NCBI GenBank assembly: GCA_903813345.2
Contig: CAIIXF020000001.1
Span: forward strand, 15,624,001-15,688,000
Direction of reading: 5' to 3'
Length of the DNA stretch: 64,000 nt
DNA from: Owenia fusiformis
Taxonomy: Eukaryota
Part shown: positions 39,601-51,900 of the stretch, one piece after another
Layout: every line of letters begins with the position of its first letter
Numbering within the stretch: the stretch's first letter is position 1
Position numbers and translations under genes: made by a program
The notes under the pieces: generated by a model
What the model was told of the DNA's origin: nothing
Database searches by the model: none
What the model saw: the letters and a program-made list of their open reading frames with translations, nothing else

Positions 39601-42600
39601 TTTCCATATAACGTATGTTCCATATTACTACCCCAAATCTCCATTGTGTAAGTTTATGAGTCATTATCCCTCATAGTTTATTATGGCAAATGCCTATCCT
39701 TGTCTAGAATATGTCATTTTATCAATTTTATAAACAAGTATACAATTACACGCCCCCCCCCCCCCTCCCACACCAAAATTCCATTTTCTTTATCAAATCT
39801 TTCTACCTCTATCTGTTATGATTCTCTGTCAGGCTTCCCCAATTTTCCATACTGTCAAGTAAACATCTAAATAGGATAGTTCTAGCTATTGCTGTTGTTT
39901 TGAAATGTTGACTTTTCTTGGGGAAATATTTTTTCAATTCTGACAGAAGTTTTTAGCCAATATCATTCAATTTATCAATATCCAAACGCAGGGTTTCAGA
40001 AAGTATGCATTTTGTTTGTGCCTGTATTTTCATCATGTGTACTTATTAAGACAGCTATATTTAAACGTAAATACATTAAAACATGATACATATAATCTTT
40101 TGACAATTTCTTCAGTAAAGTGGCCATTTTGAGAAATGATATATAGCTTGTACCTTTGTTTGATGCTCAACAAGATGTTCGACTGGATTTGCCTTTGTCT
40201 AATTCATATATGTACCAAATACGAGAATCTTAGAATCTTATTCTACAAAACGGGTGTTCATGGAAGTAGCACTAATTATTGCATCATTGCTATAAATCGT
40301 GTGATTTGATTGGCTAATTCAGAACCATGTGACTAAAAATACCAGCGTATTTCACAGCTCACTGAATTAATTCCATATTTAAAAGACGTATTGTCCAGCG
40401 TATTGCCCGCCTGGGGATTCTGACAACTGCACTTTCAATGATTTTTGCAACATGTATTACCATCGCCCTACGGGCTGCGGGCAATACATATTGCAAAAAT
40501 CATTGAAAGATGAACAGGTATTGCCCTCCATAGAATGAAATATTTGCTTAACATTTCTTACTGTTTCGGGCTTAATATCAATTTTGTTATAAACTGAACA
40601 AAGCGGCACCTTTAACATGCAGCTAATTCTCCCATCTAACCAAGAGAGCCTCTTTTAATATATCGAAATTTAAAAATTGCCTCTGATTCAATTTGTTCAA
40701 TCAAATCTAAAATGGTAATACCTTTTTACTGCTTCGAACTTCCTTATATTTTATACCATTGGGGTAGGATGTTTGTCTCTTTCAATTAATGCTTTCACCA
40801 GAAACATGGATATCACTAATTTTGATTCATATTTAAAATGGTGTGCATGAATAGACCTGTGTATTCTATACCAAATAGAGACACTTCCCTGGAGAGTTCT
40901 AAATCTCTATATGTTAACAGCCTAGTTCCAGCCTAGTTAACTATAAGTTAACAGGCTAAATTCTCATTGAGATAATTTTAAAGAATCTTAAACATTGACT
41001 TATTGTTTCAGTGGTCCTATTAAAGTTCATGTGTACACAATCTGAACAACATCAAGTTTCAAACACTTCTGATTATCATCAAGTTTCAAACACAATCTGA
41101 ACATCATCAAATTCAATGCAAATGCAGTTTTACTTTAATCCAACAGAACGAATATGGTAAATCAATAGACTAAGTGACACATGTCAAGTCAATGGTAAAT
41201 ACTTGTATCTAGCCCAACTAGCACAAGTGCTGCCATCTACCGACTAGTATCAATCCATCTATCCATATACATAGCACCTAATGAGGTCACGACTTCAAGT
41301 AAAGCTTTTTCCCTTGTCTATGGTAAAAAATAAGTTAAACAGAAAAGTTAGTTTGACACCAATGGTGATGCCCACCTTGTATGGTATAGGGATAAAAGGA
41401 AAGTTCATGATAACACTTACATAAAATAATTTAAGTATCTAATAATGATAATGAACATATTACAATGTTACACAATGTTAGTAAATGATAATTAAATGTC
41501 AATTATTGTTAGTGTAATATGTATTTTTTGCTTAATGCTGCAACAATTACACAAGTTCCAAAAAGTGCCACGCCCACTTTCCCTAAAAGTAGTTGTGTGT
41601 GACTATATTTGATAGATATTATTGATTTATTGGAGCATTATATCAACTTTTTAGTGCTTTAGTGTGAATATATACATATTTATACAACTTTTGACAAAGT
41701 TGCAGCCACAAAATCCAAACAAATTTGCAAATATTTCACTTTGAGGGCGAAGGGACATATTTTGGAGGAGGTCAAATTGAGACGATTTTGAGATATAAAT
41801 ACTGTTTCCATGGTAACCATATAAGTTAGAGATTGGACATTTCTGGCACTGACTAACTATGGTATGCTCTGCCTACTATAAAACTATGAATATATGACAT
41901 GCATTAGTATTCTTTTTATCAGGTGGTATTAAAGTACCCCCAAGGTTTTCTTAGGGTGGGGGTATGAATTGGCCTGAGGGCCGTCTGCCACCCCTACATG
42001 AAGTCCAACTACCCAGAAAGTGCCTAGCATAATCATACAGACTGTTTGAAATATGTTGGAATGTGTGACCTTCCATGAAAAATGGAAGTTGCAATTATCA
42101 GAGTAGTCCACAGTCTAATATTTAAGTTATATGTTTATTGAATCTGAAAGGTAATTATATTATAACAATTTTTAGTACAGCAGGGTGTTTATGTCATATA
42201 AGGACTTAACCCCTCCTCAAGCCAATGTATGAGTGCATGTGAAATCAAGTGTACTGAAGTTTTTAATGAATTTATGGTGATATGTTAAAGATGTTATTTT
42301 CAAAGTTATTTTCGACTGTAGACAAAATATCTTTAGAATATTAGAATGCATCAGTTTAGAAAGTTCACTTCATAAAGTTTTCCCTAAACATAAATTAAGA
42401 ACAATAACAGATATTTGAAGAAGCATAATGCAGACTTGCTTGTTAACAATTCAGATTACGAGTTATTCAGTTGTTGGCTTGCTTTATGTTGATATTTGTT
42501 AGATAGAATTGAGCTTTTAGAAGGCATTTGATGAAACAAATGTAGTTCTATGACCAAGTTTAAAGTCTAATATCATATGACACTTAACTTTAGTTGAAGA

Positions 42601-45600
42601 TTGACTTTGTTGACATCTGGTTGACCTATAGCTAATTAAGAAGAATTATGACTTTGCTAATTAAGAAGAATATTTGTAACATAAACACCCCGTCTTGTAC
42701 ATTTTTAAATATGACACGCTGTACAAATAAGCATATTTTGACATCGATTCAAATTTTGGTGCGATTTGTAGATATTAAGATTAGAACACATCATTTCAAA
42801 GTCTCACCATAAAGTTATAATTAATGAACTCATTAAGGGCAACCAAATCTAGTGAGAATAAAAATGTCAAAATATACATCATTCACAATGTGCCTGATAT
42901 AATATCATAGTGCAATACTGCAGCTCAACAAAACTACCTTGGGTAAACTAATATCAAACAGACACAATATCATTCATACATGAGCCTTCAGTGGTTTTCA
43001 ATATGAAGTCTACAATATCGCAAACTGATCTGTAAATGAGTCATTCTAAAATAAATAGAAGTGCCAAATAATAAAACTTAAAGAAATCATGTTCATCTTA
43101 TTAATGGTTGAAATTTGTTTGAACGTAGAGCCCAAGGTAGGTGCTTAGTTATGTACTATGATGACAGTTCTGTATGGTTTTTCTGACTAAACCCCAGCCT
43201 ACTCCACTTCAAAGGATTTAACCCCAGGATAGCTGAAGGAGGGGGGATGTAAAGTGGTACTTAAACTTAGTTCTATACATTTCATTACTTATAAATCATC
43301 TTCGGAATGGGCAAACAGGCAAATAATGCAAATGCTATAAATGAAGGAGAACTAATGACTTATGTAAGGACTTCGAGGTCTTATCACTAAACAGAGTCAG
43401 GATTGGTGCATGAGGCTCCTATATTGTGGAGAGGGCTTGGTCAGTGTAAACCATATACAAAATTGCTGTTGTTGACCAGCTAATATACCTGAATGGATGC
43501 GGAGTGACTGGGCACGCCTGAAGATATAGAAACAAGAACTGTAAGTGAAAGAGAAAACATGTGTCAGCTTATAGTGCATGGAATACTAGTACATTGTAGG
43601 GAGCTGGATGGGGAGGGCTTGTATACATAGAGCTATGGGAGGGCAACTTATAAGGTACAGCTCTGGCTAGCTTTACGAGGATCTTTCATTGAAGCTAAAT
43701 CAAGATAACAACTGTCACAGCTGAGGATTCAGATCCAGATGGAAAGTCTTTTGTCTAAATGTCATCAGATATGGTAAGAAAAATTTTTTTTTTGATTTTA
43801 CCGATCCCATTCCAAAAAAAAAAAAAAAGTTGAAAACATTCTCTAACCCTCCCCCTCTAACCCTCCCCCTTTCTACAAAAGTCAATACTTAATCAGTGAC
43901 ACACTAAAATTCATAAACTTCTGGATCAGCCCATAACTGTGACAGCATATAATAATAATGTTCATGCAGTGCTTGGTGATGTTCAACTATAATTCAAATT
44001 ATCAAAGCCCCTAAAACACAATATAATGCAATTGATAAATGCTTATCATGGCTGACTTGCAGTGCTGCAATCCAATTGACTCAGCAACTACTGTTACATT
44101 AAGCTAATCGAAGCGTGGAATGAATACAACAATGGCCTAACAAATAACCTGAATGGTATATCGTATGTACTGTAAAAGCTTTCTAAGGTGTGAACATATA
44201 TATTGGGAGTTTGAACAATGATTTCAATTGTGCAGTGATTCACTATTTGCATGGCCAACATGATCTTTCATGGACCAAACACAATCATGAGGGCCTAGAG
44301 CCTAGATCATTATATATTTACCATGGCACATATACCTCTGTCGGAGCCCTGAGCTAATGGTAAAGCAACTGAGCATGCCAAAAGAAAAGGAGTTAATAAC
44401 TTTGAGCACAGAAACTGAATATGTGTGAGGTGTGTTAGTACAAGCACATTGATGTCGTACAAGGGGTCTTGATGTGTACAATAGCATTAATGAATTGTAC
44501 AAGGGATTTGATAAAAAAACATCAATGTAGTAATAAGACATTTATATATCATACAAAAGCTTTGATGAAGTACAAGGGCATTGATACCTTGACAACACAT
44601 TGATGATGTACAAAAGCATTGATGTAGTACATAAGCATTAATATTATATGAGGGAATGACTACTAAATGAGGGGAGGATAGGACTTCAACTTAATTTAAA
44701 GACCCATAAACCTGCCATTGAATGAATCATGACATTGTTGGTACAGAGAACAGTAAATATGCTGCTTGAACAAGCTATAATAGCAATATGATTTTTGTAG
44801 GTTAAAAGCACTTTATGATAAACTGAAGTGGCCTGAAGCATACCAAAGGTCAATATTAAGTTGAAATGTACATGTCTGTATATTGTTAGAGTACACACAG
44901 TTCATTATGTTAAAAAGGAAACAAACATACACGTACTTATTTATACTTAAATAGACAACAAATATCAACCAGTTGTATCGTCAACATGCATCAACCATAA
45001 TACTTTCCAAAATAGTTGCAATTGATAATTAAGAAATTCTCTTTTACAGTATTGCTTAATATTAAATACACTTCTTAGTAAATCTCATAATATTGTTAAA
45101 CGATTCCAGACTTCTGAACTATGAATTAGTTGACAGGTTAATGTATTATTTACCTGCAATGACTGTGTTGATGCATTCATACAGCAGAGACATGGCAGAT
45201 GTGCTGCAAATAGAAGAGTGAATATTTATACACTAGTTTCTTGACATGGTTCTAGCCAGGATGATGCGCACTACTTTAATTATGCAACATTTTGTTCACT
45301 TATTTCAAGTATTTGTTGGTTCCTTCTCATCAAACTTCTGAGGACTATACAGTTTTCAAATATATTACGTATTCCTAATTTAACAGATAGATATTTTATA
45401 ATAAATATTAATTTTGTTATATAGTATACCTGTGGATAAGATTAGTGAGAGGTTCAATCAGTTTCTTCCCTAATCTTGGCTCAAGAGGGGTGAGGGCACC
45501 AAACTGAAGAAAAACAAGACACACAGTGATAAATATTGCACTTTCAAGAGCAAAACGCCCACCATGTAATTCATATCACCCAACATACCAAAAACCTGAT

Positions 45601-48600
45601 CAGATCGTGGCAAGTCTGCTCTTGCATGTGTAAAAAATTCAAGTTGAACAGGTTAGAAAATTTTCTGGAATTTTAAAGACAAGATTTGATTTATGTGGTG
45701 CCTGCCCATCTGCCTGCCAACCCATCCACCCACCAATTCGCACGAAGGCAATTTAGCACTTTTTGAAAGTGCAATAAAAATTATAAGAAATATATCCTGC
45801 AATGTAATTAAAGGTTAAAATCACAACATCAATATTTGTAACACAAAAATAATTTAATTTGGAGTGAGTCCATTCATAAGGGCTATTAAAATACTAATTT
45901 ATTACCATTAATAAACTAAGTATATTTGTATTGATACTTACCAGTTTTATAATCTTTATAAGCACCCAGTTATTGCTGGAGGTTGTCATCAGTTTGAAGA
46001 ATAGAGGAGCTAGTGACAGGTAATTCTTTGGGTTTTTCCTAGCAAGTTCACATATCACATTTACAACTGCTGATTGTACACCTAGGAAACACAGGGTAAG
46101 GTACTTCAGCATATATTGTGATAATCATTGTTTTTGACATAAAGCTGCAATAGATTGCATGTCAGTTTCGACTCCTTTAATTTGTGATCTTGAAGCTCAA
46201 TTATTTATTCAGTACAGCTAAATTGCAAGTGTCACATCAAGAATTTTAATTTACACAAATGCCATACATGTAACAATTTTCCTTCTGGTTTTACATGAAA
46301 AAAATACCTGGATCTCCGTCTTCTAGTTTCTCCTTCAATCTTGGGAATGCTGGTCTGAGAGCCTCAGGGAATGCGAGGAACACTTTGTACATGATAAGGA
46401 CAGCTTTCTTCCGAAGATATGGCTTCGTTGATGTCATCTGAATATAAATAATTTCACCATTTACTTTTATTATTCTATGTAATTTTTTGACTAATTAACG
46501 TAATACATCTTTGGGCTCTAATAAGTGCTTCTGTCAAGTCTTATCTCCATAATACTTTCATTTGTCAAAACCTTTTCCACTCTTACGAACATAAAAAAAA
46601 AAAAAAGTTCTTGACACCCAATGCTGATTTTAATAAAAATGTACCATAATTTCATTTACTCAAAAACAAAATTCTTTAAAAATGTATCAATGTCTTACAA
46701 TGTTAGCCAAATCCTGTGCCAAATCTGACACAATTATTTAAACTTACAAGTGTCATAATATCATTGGCTAAGTCCCGAGCCAAGTCAGGTGTGATGAAGT
46801 TAGAGAGACCATTCAGTGCAACACCAGCATCATATAAATTCTGACTGTTCAAGTCCTGGAAGAAAAAACAAGTTTAACATAGAAGAAGTGAATGTATGAG
46901 CATACGTATATTGGCTTTATAAGCAAGAAAGACAGTCAAAAGGATATAAAACCATGGTATTGTTTAAAAAAAACATTTTACAGAACAATGGATGTAAATT
47001 GTATCTGCTATTTTATTTTTTTTATTCTATGCACTTGAAATTACAAAAAATCCTACAAAATAGGTCTCAAAGTTTGAGAGGTTTTTGTGCTAAACACACT
47101 TACTGATCGAAAAATTGCTTATTTTTTTATTAGTAATTTTAATTAATGACCCATGGGCCATATAAGGAAGAGATGTCATATTACGAGATAATCTTATACA
47201 AATTATTATGCTGTCCTCACTATATGATCCAATATTAGTTAATTATAAATGTATCTACTATATTTATATTGTTTGATAATTTGATCCATGAAACCATGCT
47301 AGGGAACTCTATATTTTCTGTATATCTATTACATACTCCCTTTAGGTCAGAACAAATAGGAAAACATAATTCATGTTTTTAATTGTGTGAACAAAAAATA
47401 AAAAATGTGTTTGATTGAGGAATGATGTTTCCTTACCTTTCTTATCATGTTAGTTGTAAGCATAATCACATCTGTGTCGTCATGGAAACACTGGGAAGCA
47501 GCAAGGTAGCCAATACGCTGCAATTAATAGAAATAGTGAAATACTGAAAATATTCAGTGTTCTCCACGAAATATTTGGGTGCCAAGTTCTCATTAGTTTC
47601 TGCTTCAGCTAAAGGGAAGATTGCTTCAGCATGAAGTTCACCAAATAAAATTGACAAAAGTATATGTAATACATTACAACTTGAAATAAATAAAAGACAT
47701 TGTAATATGTTAAGATGTATTACTGTGAAAAGAGGGAAGATCGAGGACTACTTACTTTATGTGTGAACTTTGTAGAGCTCATAACTTCAATCATGTTGAA
47801 TGCAGCCCAGCTAATGTCATAGCCCAACATTTGAATCTGAAAACAGCATAATACATGTCTGGATGGTTGGTATTTTTAAAAATCCAAAATCTGCTTGGAA
47901 CTGTACCATTGGATTTCTATGGGAAATTCTAGGGATTAAGGAAGGTGTACCGTTACCATAATTTGAGAAATTATTGGCATACATGAAACCTATTTAAAAC
48001 AGCTTTTATATTATTCAAAAGCATTGATTATCAATATCAATGATTCCCAGCCCTCTGAAGTTTGAAAAATAAAAACACTTGGGTGTTAATCCAGAGATAA
48101 TCCTTGAAAATAAGAAATATTTTTGGAGATTATATGGTGCGATCTTATTGTCAATAAAATGTTTTACAGTGTATTGATGTTTTTTAGATGAAAAACATAA
48201 AGCGAAATGTATGAAAAAACTCCCCCGATTCATGCGACAAACAACTCTCCCTCCTTTAATTGAGTAAATATTGTTGAATAACAAAAACCATTCAGTTAAC
48301 TGATCAACACTGACATAATCTTACTTTTGCATGATTCTGTACATGTATTTTAAGTGTAAACTTTGTCACATTTGTTTGGCCATTTATCAAAGTTTAAATA
48401 ATTTCTCAAAAGTATTTTTCAATTCTATAATTTAATGATTATTGGGGGAGGGGAGAAGATGAGTGATAAAAGAACTTACATAAGTTAATTTTTGCACAGC
48501 ATTAGCCTTGACAGCAACATTGTCTTGTCTCAGCTCTTCCTTGATCTCATCAATGCATTCTGCTATGTACTTGGCCTGGAACATAATAAGGTATTACAGT

Positions 48601-51600
48601 ATAAAGATGGTGTGCTTGATCTATTCTATGCAGTTTTGAATGCATTTAGCCTGAAATGACAATATCAGGTGTTTTATTAGCAGTAGGCAACAGGCGATTT
48701 TCACCAGTTGTTTTCAGAAAATCATCTGTTGTTTTAGGGACTTTTCAACGTTTCCATAATTTATGTTTTCCATTAATTTTGCCTGTTGTTTTTATTTATT
48801 TAGCCTGTCGTGAGAAATTCTAGTGAAGCTCCTGTAACATATAAGCGCGGCCTACAGCATTCTTTCACTGACCTGACAACCATTTGTAGTTATATAAGGT
48901 TCAAATGGCTTTAATGTATAATGGTGAAATCTAAAAGTTAAAGCGTAATAAATGAATCTAAAAGATCATTGACAATGACGAAATTATAATATAATCAACA
49001 AGCTAAACAAAAGACAATTTTCAAACTAAGGTGGATTATATAAAGAGATGTCACGGTTTCCCAATATTAGACCGTGTTTTGGTCAAGATGGTTCAGTTTG
49101 CGATAATGGACAGAAAGGGTTAATATCAGGACTGTTAATATCAGAGCTGTCTTGGGATAAGCTGTCTTAGGGATGAGTTGTCTTAGGTATGAGTTGTCCT
49201 GTTACCATTATCAGTATGGTGTCCTGTCCTGTAAGCGCTATGTCCCGAGATCATTTGTACTGTTCCATCCCGTGACACGTCTAGGATCATATATAATTAC
49301 TTTTGTGAATCTGCCACTGCTAAACTCAACATCATATTTTACATTGTTTATTTTACTATAGAATATGATGATCATTTCAGTAAAAATTGTGACCTTACCC
49401 TACGAAAATGGAAATAATGTTTCACAGCTAGTTTGGTACGCAATACTACATTACAGAGTCTCTAGGAAATTGATTATACTTTGTAAAGAAGACAATTATA
49501 CACCTGTGGATAGAAGAGTTAAAAAGCCTTGGTGAACTAACCTCCTTTGTTTATCTTCGCCAAAATTATAAATTAAAGTAAAAAAGTTCATAACTTTCTA
49601 AAACTTCAATAATTAGGACTGATTAAACTTATTGGCTATGGGTATTATATTCTAACTTGTACACTAACTGACCAAGTCAGTGTCGTTCATTCGTAATTAG
49701 TGTTGTCTCGATTAATCGATACATCGCGATGTACATCGCCAAAGCTGATTCTGGCGATGCATCGATGTCTGAAACAAAACATCAATGTTTTTTTTTAAAA
49801 ATTAATTTGCTAAAAATCACCCTTTCTTATCTTATTTTGACGCAAATCGCTTACCTTTCTCATGTCTTATTTCATTTTCCTTGATGTTTTCTGATAATCT
49901 TTCGCTTTAAAACTGTTTTAGCTAGTCGAAATGAACCATTAATCTAAAAAAAATAACTTACTTTCATTTCACCGTTACTAGAAGTTCCAGGATGTACCAG
50001 CGTACTCTTATTAATTTGTTATGTTCGGTATTTTAGTGCATTAGCGTTTCGGTATTTCAGTGCACTTTTCTCGGACATTTTCCAGCGATGTACATCGCGA
50101 TGTACATCGATGTTTACTACTAAAAATTGCCGATACATTGCGACAACACTATTCGTAATAACCTTATTCACCAGTAAAAGACATTTAATCCAAAGCCACA
50201 TGTTACCAAGAAATGCCTCATGCATAAGATATCTCCGTGGATGAGCCATTCTGTGGTAATTCAAATAAAGGACCCACAGTGCTGTGCTCACACAGTGTTT
50301 GTGCAGCCGATGATGATTGACTTTATACATGAGAAAGTTCCCTGAAAATGACAGTCCTACTTTTTGTCAAATTTTATAGAGTAAACATGAAAAACTGTAA
50401 CAAAGTGTATAGTTATTACAGAAAATTTGACTTTTTGACGTCAAAATCAGCAATATCTCGGAAACTGGGCGAACTTGGGAAATGGCGATAATAGGTCAAA
50501 TATGCATTAGAATGTGGATATGACTAAAACCTAATGTTGACGGACGGTCCAACGGACCGATAGACGCCTGTTCGATCCCATAGGCTCACAAACCATTAAA
50601 AAAAAGGGCTCCATTACAAGCGTATTAAAGGCCACACTGTGGCCAAAGAATAAGGTAACATGTACCCTACATCCCTATTCCATACAAGCCTGACATAACA
50701 CATATTAGATAAATTTCTAGAGTAATTGGAGGAATATGCGTGGAAGTTAAACCTATCACAGGTCACAAGATATGTCAGATAATAAATAAGGTGCAGACAT
50801 AGATCCCGGCCAGATTCTTTTGTAGTAGAATCAGTAGCTCAATAATATTTCCTCAAGATGAGACACCTCAGAAAATTTCAAATTTTAAAATGACGATTCT
50901 GGAGCCATTTCTGAAAAATATGAGACAAATCATACCTCATTCGAAGGGTCTTGTTATTCTTTACCTTTATTATCACCAATGGCCGTTATTCAAGCAATAC
51001 TGCGTTGATAAGAGGCCAAAACAGTGATATTTTATCGCCGGACTCTTGTCTGTCCAAATCTGAATGTTGCTCCCATGGTTCTAGAAATGTGACGTCATCA
51101 TTACAATGATATTTGGACACACAAGAGTCCGGATTTCGTGAAAAATATTCACCGTATTGAAAGTCAAATAACTGCATCCATAGGTAATTTACTCGAACCA
51201 AACAAGTAGAAATAGAAAGATGAAGATCTCAGCTATAAAATAAGTGCAAAATCTGTCACAGGGAAACAGGTACCATTTTGTATAAGGAACGTTTTGAAAG
51301 GTAGTCAGTTTTTTTTCGAAATTTTCCAATTTAGTGTCGTATCTTCTGTATTATTCTTTGAGCCTATGATCCTACTACAAAACGATCTGGCCAATATCTG
51401 TGGGTGCAGACTAGGTTTACTTGTTGAACTGCTGTAGACTTCCTGCTCAGTCTCAGTCTCACACACTTATTTTCCATTTTAATTTTTGACATAACCGGAC
51501 ATAATGAGATTTGGAGTATTATGGTAAGATCCATAAGCCCAAACTATATAGACACCAATCTACAACATGCAACACCTAACGGTTTTGGCTATCGAGTTTA

Positions 51601-51745
51601 CATACAGTTTCAACAATTCAATCGAAGTCATATTGAAAAATTGCCCCACCTCAGATTCTCTGTGGTTTCTGATCCCGCGAACCAGATCTTGAAGGTTCTT
51701 GTCCAGGACACGCTCCAAAGTTCCTTTCACTTTTTTCAGTGCCAT
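18607..51745 (-). CDS. AP3D1: AP-3 complex subunit delta-1 (delta-adaptin, garnet orthologue), 33 exons, 3735 nt, about 1244 aa
   Basis: In-frame GT-AG exons: 51745-51650, 48575-48480, 47836-47756, 47517-47437, 46855-46748, 46437-46308, 46081-45942, 45503-45430, 45203-45154, 43538-43489, 35709-35661, 29373-29228, 28642-28494, 28199-28073, 27836-27733, 27426-27195, 26931-26786, 26397-26241, 25969-25901, 25278-25197, 24059-23950, 23488-23340, 23153-23012, 22703-22539, 22212-22087, 21680-21534, 21240-21193, 20947-20810, 20482-20342, 20123-20038, 19579-19455, 19096-19014, 18714-18607. Diagnostic peptides DKNLQDLVRGIRNH, GVQSAVVNVICELARKNPKNYLSLAP, CLDDKDESIRLRALDLLYGM, KAQKKVPVPEG, DLDFWLS, GSTHEKLDFKL. 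Low-complexity hinge exons are less certain. Confidence 0.95.
24422..25140 (-). mobile_element. 5'-truncated non-LTR retrotransposon (CR1/L2-group-like) 3' end
   Basis: ORF 24759-25136 has LARLRTGSLPLHIETGRW...RTCKLC...VEDEIHFAVQCKHY, the Cys/His C-terminus typical of such ORF2 proteins; it is followed by a 3'UTR with hairpin agccgacatcggct and an AATAAA/A-rich tail. Confidence 0.8.
29617..30031. mobile_element. hAT-like MITE (same family as 49698-50151)
   Basis: TIR taatgttgtcgcga / tcgcgacaacact; shared internal ttctggcgatgcatcgatgtct..aaacaaaacatcaatgtttt. Confidence 0.75.
32256..32920. mobile_element. MITE nested in the transposase intron
   Basis: TIR tatagagattatcctatatgaggttcag / ctgaacctcatataggataatctctata. 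Confidence 0.75.
32918..33056. repeat. Near-perfect ~140-bp palindrome
   Basis: atatatccccag...tatattgcatactagg-c-cctagtatgcaatata...ctggggatatat, centre near 32987. Confidence 0.85.
36669..38617 (-). mobile_element. Helentron-like non-autonomous element (HINE/DINE-1-type) carrying a satellite array
   Basis: On the minus strand: TT + subTIR ATGTCACC with nearby inverted partner GGTGACAT, short GC-rich repeats, central tandem array, 3' subTIR GGTGACAT, small palindrome, then T-run. Shorter relatives near 9480-9660, 19625-19765, 26620-26740 and 60545-60670. Confidence 0.65.
36712..38460. repeat. Satellite array, ~125-135-bp unit, about 13-14 copies
   Basis: Unit gaaggtcattgaaggtcaaatgtcaaatctaaagtcagatttgaatttctgagaacatgtagatgattttgaaaaaaaattagtcaatttgaagcaagttgaaaaaagacctttttgaccttga repeated head-to-tail. 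Confidence 0.95.
49698..50151. mobile_element. hAT-like MITE
   Basis: TIR TAGTGTTGTC / GACAACACTA; perfect 8-bp TSD TTCGTAAT; subterminal cgatgtacatcg motifs. Confidence 0.85.
50792..51407. mobile_element. MITE-like inverted-repeat element
   Basis: ggccagattcttttgtagtagaatcagtagctcaa mirrors ttgagcctatgatcctactacaaaacgatctggcc. Confidence 0.55.
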
Positions 51746-51856
51746 CACTTCTTCTAACTAATGGGATTATGTATGTCACCTACACATCGATGAGACAGTA
51801 GTCAAATAATCATACTTTGACGTAAAGGTTGACAAATTTTCACAGCTTTCAAAACC

Positions 51857-51900
51857 AATATGGCTGCCAAAATTGTATGGTCATGTGACCTGACGTGTGG
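51857..51900 (-). promoter_or_regulatory. AP3D1 proximal promoter motifs (YY1-like, CLEAR/M-box, CRE/UPRE-like)
   Basis: aatatggctgcc (51857-51868), GTCATGTGAC (51880-51889) and TGACGTG (51891-51897), 110-155 bp upstream of the ATG. Confidence 0.45.

Larger units (their letters stand above)
35924..42117. mobile_element. Academ-like non-autonomous element with ~725-bp TIRs in AP3D1 intron 10
   Basis: 35924 to ~36655 is the reverse complement of ~41395-42117; termini TAG...CTA; ATA on both flanks; no transposase ORF seen. Superfamily inferred from termini and TSD only. Confidence 0.7.

Noticed and set aside
44149-44169. 21-nt phase-1 microexon (VHTIYHS) that seemed to supply residues missing from exon 10
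   Set aside because: The expected residues VLVSISS are already encoded when exon 10 starts at 43538; the donor (gttatt) is weak.
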